This document shows, in pieces, positions 16,028-27,829 of a stretch of DNA of 64,000 nucleotides. The notes below the pieces were generated by a model. That model ran no database searches. It was given only the letters and a program-made list of their open reading frames with translations, and was not told the DNA's origin. Where the stretch lies: positions 1,178,001 to 1,242,000 of the forward strand of contig CP075496.1 in NCBI GenBank assembly GCA_021613535.1. Reading direction: 5' to 3'. Made by a program: the position numbers and the translations under genes. How positions within the stretch are numbered: position 1 is the stretch's first letter; each line of letters opens with the position of its first letter. The stretch is from Adineta vaga (Eukaryota > Animalia > Rotifera).

Positions 16028-19000
16028 TCATACACGAAAAAGACGAGTCAAAATGACATTCTAAATATTAATGATACAATTATATATATTTTTTTTTCTT
16101 CTTCATATAAGCAATTGTACATACCGGTATAGACCAGAGAAATAAAAGTATAAATATAATTATACATGTTAAGATTAATAAACCCAAGAGATACCATTTC
16201 GATTTTTTCCAAATGATGTTTTTAAATGTACGATAGGGTGATGTAAACCAAAGAAATGATGTTTCAGGACGTCTAAAATATATAAATGAATTCTATACTA
16301 GTATCCTAAAGTCTTACTGGGGTAATTCTAATTTTGGGTGTTGATTTGGTTTTTCTCGTCCATGTCCTGCTGGTCGTTCATTTGCTTCTTCTTCTGTTAG
16401 AATTTCCAATTCAATTTCAATTTTTCCCTAGAAAATTTCCAATTAATTAGATTTTCTTTTCGTATTCAAACAAATCTATTTACAGTCAATTGTGAATTTC
16501 CATCTTGAAGATCAACACAAGGCCACCAACCTTTCAAACGTTTGATATCAAAGATTGAAACACAATTTGATTGTTGATCATTCAAAATATCCAATGTACA
16601 AACATCAGCATCTTTCGCTGGTTTATATAAATGATTCAAATCCAGTGTTAACGCACCTATTCTTACGAAAATGAATTCATCGAATAGAAACAAAACGAAA
16701 TTTTACCAAGAAAATCATCAGAACTAAATTTATCATTATCCCATATTTGAAGATTTAAGATCGGTGGAAGTTTCAATTCAGTAGAATCATAACTCCAAAA
16801 ATGTTCTTTTTTATTGATTGATAAACAACGTTCAGCAGGAAAATAGAGAAATTCATAAACAAAACGCCAATTGAAATTTCCTTCGCCATCCATTGATCTA
16901 AATTTAAATAAAAAAAGTTCGATTGAAAAACAATACATTCTAACGAACCGATAATGAACATCGGTCTTTTGTAAATCATCTTCTTTTCCAATCATCCATC
17001 CTTTTACATAAATATCCGACATTTGTTCTCCGGTAATCGATGTTTCTTGAAGAATAACATTACTTGTATTCCAAATAATACAACGAAGAACATAACTAAA
17101 CACAAGAAATTTCTTCGTTTTAACGCATAAGACTCGAAAGAATTAGTTCACTTACGGTTTAGGTTTTCTCGGTGTAATAACAAACGGAGGTCCAGGTGGT
17201 CCTTGTGATAATGGAAAGATATCAACGAATAATTCTAAACGACCTTGTTCAATCGATGGTTGTAAAGAATTATACAATGGTCGTGTTTCAATATGTTCTG
17301 GACAAAGTTGAAGTTTATGTAAAATATACAATGCTAAACGTTCTTCTCCTTCTCCAGCATGAGTTGTTAAAGATTTTTCTTGTTCTAAAAAAAATCTTTT
17401 ATAAAAAACAACAACAAATGAAGTTTGATTTTCCAACTAACCGAAATCTTCTAAACGAAAAATTGAATCTCCAATTTGAATTGAATGATCATCATGTAAT
17501 TCAGGTAATGGAAGATGATTTCGTTTACAAACATCGGTAAGAATTTTTCTGGGTAAATGATTATCTCGCCATTGATTTGGACCCGTTCTTAAGAAATAAT
17601 CATGTTTATTCTTGTTTCTCAATAAAATTATTCTTACAGATTATATTGTAGTGGTAAACCACATGTTGCTCGATATTTACTTAATAAACGATTTTCTAAA
17701 TCAATATTTGTTTGACCAATGATATCCATCGGATAAAAGTAAATCCCAATCTTTTATACGAATGGTCAAATCTTTTGCTAATGGAATTATTGTTTTAATT
17801 TCAAAAAGTCTATGAAATAAAGATTTGAAAGAAAAGAAGAGAGAAGAAGATTATGATTATACTTTCCAAATATTGGATTAGTTGTATTGGCTATTTTTTC
17901 ATTTCGATTATCGAGACGTATTTTACCTAATTGAATTTCGATGTAAGGATCAGATTTTCCATTCGAATCTTTCGGTTGTAAATCAATACCACGAATAATA
18001 TAAATTCGAATTAAACATTCTTCTAAACTATTTGATGGAAAATTCGACATTAAATGATGTAACACTGTTTCATTGGACTTTTCGGGTAAGGAATAAACTC
18101 TAAAAAGACCTTTGAATTCTCCAACAATTTCATTTTCTTCTTCAAATTTCGTTTTTCCACGATACAATTGAAATGTTTGACAAAAATCATTAAAACCTTC
18201 ATAAAATTCCAATGATTCAAGTGAAGAAGGATAAATCTAAGAAAAATATTTTTCTTTTGAAAAACAAATCAAAATCATATTTACCTTTAATTTTTCATAT
18301 CCCTTTTCAAGATAAGTTCCACATTTATCCGATTGACCTTTTGATGCATAATATTTCGACCACCAATCAATATCATCTTCAACGATTGGCTAACAAAAGG
18401 AAATCAATGTTAACGTCAATAGTTGTTACTTCATGCCGCTCTCTAGTCACGACATGCACATTATCTTTCTTTCCTATGGAATATGTCCCTTCTCTTGATC
18501 ATCAAGTCCTCATGATGATCTTCTTCTATTATGTCATGCTATTGCTCTCGATTTTGTCCTTGTTTATCCCCAATAAATACGGTCATCTTTATCACTTATT
18601 CTTCGTTATTGTTTGACTACGGTAGGCTTGATTTATCACAATGAGATACCTTTTCAGCCTACAATTATCCCTATTCCGAATCTCAAAACATTTCTAATTC
18701 TTAGTTATTTTATGACGTACTTCATTTCGAATGATATTTTGATACGATTTTAAGATGAGTTTTTGAATTTTCGATAATTTCGATTCTGATTGAACTGATG
18801 ATGGCGATAGTTTATGTTTTCGAAGGAAATTTTTTATTCGTTTTTTCATGATTTTTTTATCGAGTGGTTTTGTTTCATTTTCATTCGGTTTTATAACCAT
18901 TGAATATTCATTATACGATTTTGATGGAACAAAATCCTATATAAGAAAAAAATGAAAGAATTTCTTCGCAAAGAATCTTTTCGAACTTTTTTCCGATGTT

Positions 19001-22000
19001 TTTTCTTTTTTGAAACAACAACGACATCAGTTACTGGAAGTTCAGCTAGTGCTGCTGAACATTCTAAAGAAAACTAATCTGTTTGGATGAAGATCATTCA
19101 AAATGAACGAATACTTGATGCTTGAATGAGTTTTAATGATGGTATCGTTGGATCACATCGAAATAATTCCAATGATTTAAGAATATGATAACCAACAATG
19201 GGTTTTCGTCCAAATGATCGATGATCTCTTACTTTAATATTCATTGGTGGTGTATATAAATCTTCATTAGGTAACATCTATCGAAATTATTGATCAATAA
19301 AAAAGATAAGACTTGTTTATCAAAGAAAGACTTACGACATCCAAGAATAATAGAGGTTTATCAAAATTTGGTGTTTTCTTAATATTTTTAATCATTGTTG
19401 ATTCAATTTGTTGTCCACCAACTTCGAATATAACTTGAGGACAATCAATATCTGATAACATAAACGTTTTCATATTTCTCACACCCCAACAAAGAATCTA
19501 TAAATTGAATTTCTTTTCTGTTCTATCTCTATTCAAATCATCAAACCTCGATTCCAGTTCGAATAAGTTTTGGCCGAATCGGTTCAGGTACCGTAAATAA
19601 TGAACCACGTTTCGATGGATATGGAGGCATCGTTTTCCCAGTATCATTTTCCGGTAACTGAAATCAAATCGAATTTGTAGTTTCGTGTTTTATTGTTTTT
19701 TTCTTTTAAGAATACTTACTAAAAATAATTCAAATGCGGCTAATAATTCTCCTCCTTGATCTTTTCCTCTCATGATTTGTAACCATTTTAGTTTAATCAT
19801 TGGTTTCGTTTCATCTGGTGTTAAACGAACAACGGGCGAACATTGAACACGACCAAGAAAATCTGGACTTCCCTAAAAAAAATCTTTTCGTTTAGTACTC
19901 ATCATCTTCTCAACTTACATATTCATCTTTATCAAAGAATTCAATGAGAATATTCGGAGGATTATGATGAATTTCATCGGGTTCACCATATAATTCCACA
20001 TTGGAAAAGATTAAAGTCTATAACAAACAATTCGATTTGTTTTTTTTAAATCAACACGAAATTTTTTACTTGATCCCAAGTTGGACAGAGTGTTTTTTGA
20101 ATAATTTCACTTCGTTGACTTTGATTGATAAAACCAATTTGTGCATATGGATCTTAACAATTCAGAATAATAATCAAAAGAAAAGTTTACAAAGATTTAA
20201 TCATAATAATTTTACCGGAAAAACTATCATAATCCATCGAAAGAAGATTTCGTGCTTGATAGAGATACACTCGAAGTTCATAATAATATGGTTCTAAAAT
20301 ACATCAATAAACATTGTATTAAATCAAAGAATAGATTCGATGTACTTTTAAAACTAAGAAACATTCTTGGTGCAGATAATTCAATTTTAATATCTTTAGT
20401 TTTTACTGTTGACGAATCATCTGTTCTGGTTTTCGGAATTTGTGTTTGCATTCGAAAGACGATATCGGCAGTTGCGATTGCTCCATTAGTTGAAAGATTT
20501 TCATCAAGGAATGAACTATCAGGTACCATTTTTCTATGCCATCGTCTTCGACGTGTCATATCGAGACTACGTTCATCTGCATGGAATTTCATATTAAACA
20601 TCGGTGCATATTCCCATCCTCCATTACTTAAGTCAATTGCTGTTGCACGTTTCTATAAATGAATTCAAAATGAAATTCATTTGAGAAAATCGAAACATTT
20701 ACTTTTTTATCTTCGAAAATATAATCATCTCTAAGAATTCGTGTTCGATACCAACGTCGTCGTCGAGTTAAATGAAATAATCTTTCAACTGGACACCAGC
20801 CACTTAATGTTTGATTGACACAATATTCAAAACCTAAATAAATTCAAATAGATTCGACAAACAATATTCATGGATAAATGACCTCCTTCATCAACAGCGC
20901 GATTGGTATCAATAGTCCAATCATCTTCCCATTGCCACCCTTCAGGTGATTCATTTCGTTCATCTTTACTAGGTACTTTATCACCAACCTGAAACAATAG
21001 ATTAGAAAAAGAAACGGAACTTTTATTCTCTTACTAAATTTGTCCATCCAATTGCTTTTGGTTGCCATTGTGCTCCAGCAATGAGACGAGATTGATGTTC
21101 ATAAATTTCTTCAGTAAATTTTCTATGACCAGCATCATCGGCATATCTTGCACTAGAATAGATTATACTCATGTCCTCTCAATTCTAGTCAAAAAATCGC
21201 TGTACCTTATTTCCGGACTAATATACCAATCACCATCCCATCGCCACCCATCTGGAACTTGAAAATTGTTTTTCAATAAATTCATCTAAAAATTCAAGCG
21301 TATCAAAAAAGAAACAACAAAAACATCTCCTTCTCTTACATTTCCAGTTACATCTGACCAGATTGGTCGTGTCATTAATGGTCCTGTTGTTGTCCACTGT
21401 CCAAGCACATTTGTTTGATTTTCATATGTTTCCGCATAAATTGCTAAATCCGCTCCTTTCTGTTGTGATAACCAATCTTGTTCATATATGGCTAAACCAA
21501 ACCAAATTTTGACTCGAATTTCCGCTGGAATAAACAATCGTCGATCTTTTTCGACATCTTCTTGCTTTCCCGGCCATTTCAATGTTACTGTTTGAACTTT
21601 TCCACAAAGATGTCCACAACGATCAGGATTTACTGAATAAAATACTTCATTTGCTGATAAACGATAATAAGCATAACGTTTTCCATTCGCTAATAACCAA
21701 ATAATAACATCGGGAATACTATTTTGTGGCTAAATGAAGAATTTATTCAATGAATAGATGAAAATAGAAAGAAAGAAAGATGAATACTTCGAATTGAAGA
21801 TATTCAAGTTTTTGTCGAATATCCTCTAATGTTTGTATAATTTCTTGTGAAGTTTTCGCATGAATTTTCAATTCTTCTAATTTCAAATTCATATCATAAA
21901 GATCTTTTTCACGCATTTGACGTCTTAATCGATCAAGTTCATTGAGATAATATCGACCTGTTTCGAAATCAGGTAATGGTTTTCTAAATATTCAAATCCA

Positions 22001-24662
22001 TTCGAAGAAAAACTTTTCGTTATTTCAAAATAGAAAACTTACTTCAAATGAGAAATAATCATATCTAAAGATTGTTTATAATTTTTCAGAAGAACTTCTT
22101 CGGATAATTTCTTAGTTTTTAATAGATCTAATGTTGATAAAATACCATTCTAGAAAACAAAAAATGAATTGTTTGAATATTTAAATAAGATAGATTTGAG
22201 TTTACAATGAATAATTTGATTTTTAATAATTGATTCATTGATTCTAAACGAAATGTAATATCTTCCCATTCACTTGTCACTTGTACACATGGTTTTGTAT
22301 GTTCCCATGGAAGAAAATTATAAGATGTTCCATCAAAAACCGGATTTGTTGGTGGAGTTGTTGAACAAGTTCCATTTTCCATGAGATTATCATATTTATT
22401 TCCATAATTGCCAATACTAATTTCAAATTCAATACTTGACTCATGATCATATACCATTGATGCATCAAGAAATGCCGCATGTAATCGATATTTCTTTCGT
22501 GATTGATAAGGTAATGTACGAGTTATATCAGAATTCGATAAATCACTTAGAGATTCTTTTGGTGTTTCACCAAGTATTGTTTGTAATTCAATTAATAATC
22601 GACCACGATAAGCAACACCTTCATCCTTTAATCAAATCAATTATTCAATATAACAATATTCAATTATATAAAATCTTACTTTGCCATTATTTAAATCATC
22701 TAAGGCAGTAGGAAGTCCAGAATATTCACGTGGAGCACCATAGAAATTAATCCAACATGGACCAAATGTTGGAAGAAAACCTTCGAAGAAAATTCATATT
22801 GAATAACATTTTTCTATTATTTATCAACTTACCATTCTCTCGGTCATCACAAATAGTATGAATATCTAATAAAGTCGTTCCAGTTACATCATCAAATTGT
22901 AAACGATCCCTAAATATTCAATTGTTTGATAACAAAAACAAATTTAGAACGTGTTCATACCAATCCATGATCGTTAAAGTGATTTTATCACACATTGATG
23001 GAAACTAAATGAAATTCAAATCGAATAAACGAAAAAATTTCTATATGAAAAATGTTTACTTTTAAACCAAGTCGAAGTTCTTGATTAAATTCCGGATGTG
23101 AACATGTATAAACAATTTTCGAAGAAACCTAAATAGAATCTGTATTCACTTTCATATTTATTCATAAACTTATACTTGTTGTCCAGCGAATGAAAATTTC
23201 ACATAAGGATCGATTAATTCTTTAACATCTTCCGTTGAATAAAATATTTTTTTTACTCCATTTAAAAACGCACTATCCACTAAAATTGAAACATTGAATA
23301 ATAAAACGAAATTTCAAAACAAGCTACCAACTTCTCGGTAAATCTTCTGCTTTATAAACTTTTAAAATAAATGTTGCTGGACGAAGTATTAATCCAGCTG
23401 GTTTCAAAAGATTACTTTCAATATCATCTTCATCATCTTCATTTTCTTGTGCCTTGAGAGAGAAAAAAAAGAAAAGAGAATTGAAAAACAAATTCCATAA
23501 ACAATTTCCTACCGGTGCTTCATCACCTGGTCCTAAGATATTCACTGAAACTTTCAAATAACCTTTTCCTGCAATAGCTTGATCATCTTCATTACATAAT
23601 AATAACCATTTTCGATTGATTGAATGTTTCTTTTGAGAATAGATATAAGAAATATCTAATTTAAATCTTCCAATTTTCATATCCGATCGAAATGTTTTCG
23701 AATTACAAACTTCAAATTCAATAATTTCATCACATAAATCTCGTTCAGAAAGATTAATATTGAAAAAGAAAACTTCATTGAAATACGGATGATTTGTTCC
23801 TTTTTGAATTTTTGTTTGTTTGATTAAATTTTGTATTCGAACACGACAAATCGGATGAATATTACTTCCATCTAATTGACGAGCTTGAAAGATTTTTACT
23901 CGAATCTAAAAATTTCAAATACAAACATAAGTATTCCTAATAAGAATCAAATTTTACTTGAAAATCTTGAGATTTTGTTGATCGACTTTGAAATAATTGA
24001 TTCGTATTCCAATCTGATTTCCATAAAATTTCATTATTAATTTCTAAAAATTGAATTTATCAAGAAAATCAATATATTTTGTTTTCTACCATTTTTCATA
24101 TTCGATGAACTATATTCAAGTGTTAAATACAATTTCGTCTAAATAATCATTCGAAACTATTTCAATTTATCATCGATCAAAGAAACTTACATTTTTAATA
24201 AGAACACATTGTTTTAAAAGACCAATACGAATAACTTCATTTAATGGTACTTGAGTATGATCAATATGTCTAAAGAATCAAATCATTTTTTGTAAACAAA
24301 AAGAACAAAATAAAATTTACTTAGTATTTCCAATCTTTTCATGATCTTCTAAATGTATTTCTAAAATATCTGTAGGTTTTATCGATAAATCATTGAGAGA
24401 AAATTCAATTTTCTATTAATGAAATGATCATAAAACAAATGATAAAATGAAAATTCATTTTACTTGATCCGATTTAGGAAGTTCTGATGAAGATCGTTGC
24501 CAATTGATTTGTTTTGTATTTCCTACATAAATTAAATAACGATCAATTTCGCAAATATTTCAAAAGAATACCGTGAAAATTGAATGTAACCAATAAATTG
24601 ATATTTGAAGAATATTCCAAATCAGAAACACATTCAATGTTATGAACAGTGATTTTTAACAT
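16028..24662 (-). CDS. Ferlin, type 1 (dysferlin/myoferlin-like; multiple C2 domains, DysF, C-terminal TM), >30 exons
   Basis: Start [10 protein letters not shown]; EISIGNYGN; DysF-like RRRRWHRK; GKSDPYI; [20 protein letters not shown]; [13 protein letters not shown]; KGWWP; [12 protein letters not shown] followed by a TM; ends [10 protein letters not shown]. Confidence 0.93.
18405..18685 (-). ncRNA. Putative structured intronic RNA (tandem H/ACA-like) in a 330-nt ferlin intron
   Basis: The intron is ~6x normal length and has stops in all frames. It contains hairpins GTAGGCTGA/TCAAGCCTAC, GATCATCA/TGATGATC and CATGTCG/CGGCATG, interspersed with ANANNA and ACA motifs. Confidence 0.45.
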
Positions 24663-25476
24663 TGTTTATCTATAAATAAAAGTATTGTTATGAAGTTGCT
24701 TATCGATTTTTAGAACATCTTACAAGACAGATAATGTTTTAATGAATGATATTTCATTGTTTTTTCTTTTCTGTTTTTCATTAGAATATTGGTATCAGAT
24801 GGCATCAAGTAGGAATATATTATAAATATGCAAATTGAAAAGAATAAATATACTATTGATCATTTTCTTCTAAAGAAAAGTTAATTTTTGCCATGAATAG
24901 AAAGATTTTAAAACAGTTATTCAGAAATTGATCTTGAGGGTACGAATACCTTTTCATTGCACATCACTCACACCCTCATATTATCAGTTTACATAAAAAG
25001 ATAGTTTCAATATAGTTATACTCATTAAATAGTTTGTGTTTATTCATTATATCGAAAATCTTGAAATTTCTGTATATTTATTATGAAAGCTTGTGACATC
25101 AAAAATAGTTTCTATCTTTTTTTTTGTGATCTTGTCTAATGGAATGATAAAAGATACGAAAAGTATGATGAAGTCAAATATTGTAAGATAAACTAGATAG
25201 ATAAGAATAAGGTCGTTATATTTCTAATTAATTTATATAAGTTTCTCGATAATCACTCATTTTTCATTGAAATCTGTTTGATAAAGATTATGCTCTTTGA
25301 ACAAACAATGATTAAGTGAATGAAATGAATAAAGGACAAAAACAATCTACATTGGTCAACTATGCATCCAGTGATGAAAGATGAACTCTGATCTTTACTT
25401 TTTTCTATTCTTCTCTTTAGTCAGTCATTTGTCTATTTGTTTGGTTGGTGTGTGTGTGTGGGTATATGTGTATGCA

Positions 25477-27341
25477 ATGGATAAAACATTAAAATTTATT
25501 TCATTCATTCTTTGGATAATTCGTAGTTTTTTATCAATATGGATTCATCTTGGTTTTCGTATAATCTATGGAAATCAAAAATCTAAATTACCACCGATTA
25601 AAAATCAACTTTTACTTCAACCAGCGACGGTCATTGCAAAACGTATTCGTGAAAGACAAGTAATTTGTTTTTCTAATATCATATAGATAAATTTATTGTT
25701 TTTTATGCAATTTTTAGGTAACATCTTATGAAGTTATTCGTGCTTATATTGATCGAATAAAAGAGATTCAACCATTTGTAAATGTGTATGTTGACGAACG
25801 ATTTGAACAAGCATTAAATGAAGCACGAGAAATCGATCGAATATTAGATAGTGATATATCTTTACCTGAACAATGGAGTGAAGAACGAGCACCATTTCTT
25901 GGTGTACCATTTGCAATTAAAGAATCAATGCAATTTCCTGGTTTTCATAATTCAACTGGCATTGTTTCAAGAAAAGATTTTATATGTAAAAATACAGCGA
26001 AAGCAGTGGAAAATATGTTAAAATCAGGTGCAATTCTTCTATGTAATACAAATGTTAGTGAAGGTTGTATGTGGTTTGAATCGTAAGTTTAGTTAATATC
26101 GATGGAAGAAAATCATTGAATTTGGAGAATTTCTCTAGACGAAATAGTTTGTATGGTACAACGAATAATCCATATGATTTATCACGAATTGTTGGTGGTA
26201 GTTCAGGTGGCGCTGGTTGTATTGTTTCAGCAGCTGGTGTACCATTCGCTGTTGGTTCAGATATTGGTGGTAGTATTCGATTACCTTCATTTATGAATGG
26301 TATCTTTGGACATAAAACAACACCAGGTAAATAAAATAGATTAATATTTTTCTATTATCAAAACCAAAGAAACAATGTTTAGATATTGTACCAAATGAAG
26401 GTCAATATCCTCCACATAAAGATTATCATCAAAAATATCTATTAGCAACAGGACCAATGTGTCGATTTGCAGATGATTTACAACCAATGCTTAAAGCTTT
26501 AGCAGGAGAAGAAAATATCGAAAGATTGCTAAATTTTAATAGTTCGGTAAGAAAGATTTTCTAAAGAACAATAAACATTTCAAATGAAAGATACTTTTAT
26601 ATTCAAGGTTGATTTAAGTAAACTACGTTATTTTTATATCGATGAAATGGATGCTTATTTTGTTAATAAAGTGGATCATGATCAAAAACAAGCTCATCGA
26701 CAAGTAAACTATTATAAAGAAATAATCTAATAAACCATTTTCTTATTATTTTCAAATAGGTTGTTCGATATTTTGAAGATAATCATAATGTTCATGTTAC
26801 ACGTTTACGTCTCAATCGTTTTCGTTATGCTGTTTCACTTTGGGCATCAATGATGGTTGATGGTCAATTATCTTCACGTGATTTTTCCTTAACTCTTTTC
26901 AATAGTACATCATATATAAAAGGTTATCATGAATTATTACGCAAATTTCTATTTCGTTCAACACATACATTACCAGCCATTGGTCTTGTTATCTTAGAAG
27001 CTTTACCAAACAAATATAACAAACGTTTTCATAAATTAGCACATAAATTTTACGATGAAATTCAAGTTTTATTAGGTAATGATGGAATTTTATTTCTCCC
27101 AACATTTCCTCAATCAGCACCTTTACATGGTTGGCCATTGATAATGAATACATTTGATTATATTTATTGTGGAATTATCAATGCATTAGGTTTACCATCA
27201 ACTCAATGTCCACTTGGATTAGATCGTCAACAATTACCATTAGGTATACAATGTATAGCTGGTCGAGGACATGATCAATTAACATTAGCTGTCGCACGAG
27301 AAATCGAACGTGCACGTGGTGGTTGGGTTCCACCCAAATAA
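25477..27341 (+). CDS. FAAH2: Fatty-acid amide hydrolase 2-like amidase
   Basis: Amidase signature GVPFAIKES, GGSSGG, GSDIGGSIR, GIFGHKTTPG; N-terminal TM; C-terminal GGWVPP. Confidence 0.9.
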
Positions 27342-27545
27342 ATTAATTTCAATTAATTTCATCAAATGTGATCTATTTTATTTCATTATTTATTTTCTTT
27401 GTAACGGCACATAATATTTTAATTCTATAAGTAAATGAATGATTCTTAGAGAGAAAGATTTCTTTCTTAATCGATGTAATAATTTTGCTCATTCGTTCTA
27501 GAATACGATAGTGAGAGTTATCGTGTTCGAATCTAAACTAAAGAA

Positions 27546-27629
27546 CACCGAAATTGATGACAATCTAGACCGTGTTTATGAACCGTACATGCGTCATGAT
27601 TCTTTTAATTAAATAAATCTGATTCGGTG
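27546..27629 (+). ncRNA. Box C/D snoRNA, U18/snR18-like
   Basis: 7-bp terminal stem CACCGAA/TTCGGTG, box C TTGATGA, guide CCGTGTTT plus D' ATGA, C' ATGATT, box D CTGA. The guide matches 28S AAACACGG as in U18. Confidence 0.82.
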
Positions 27630-27644
27630 AAAAAAAAATTTCAA

Positions 27645-27715
27645 TCGGCGATGATGAAAACTTTACCTTGGAGATATGATTATTTTATGATTATACACCC
27701 GTGTTTCTGAGCCGA
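27645..27715 (+). ncRNA. Box C/D snoRNA with U55-like D' guide and U18-like D guide
   Basis: Stem TCGGC/GCCGA, box C ATGATGA, ACCTTGGAGA-t-ATGA(D'), C' ATGATTA, CCCGTGTTT-CTGA(D). Confidence 0.87.
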
Positions 27716-27829
27716 CCTATCGTCATTCTTCTCTTATGGATATTCTTTCGACGAATAGAAATCAAGTATGAGAAAATAAATATAATTCTATTATTATTCA
27801 CAAATGTTTTCAAAAACAAAAACAACAGA

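Noticed and set aside
18390-18720. Telomerase RNA, RNase P/MRP, U3 or an alternative ferlin exon
   Set aside because: No C-rich template, no P4 conserved regions, no terminal box D, and stops in all three frames.
17196-22711. Plus-strand ORFs within the ferlin locus
   Set aside because: Antisense shadows of ferlin exons with no independent protein features.
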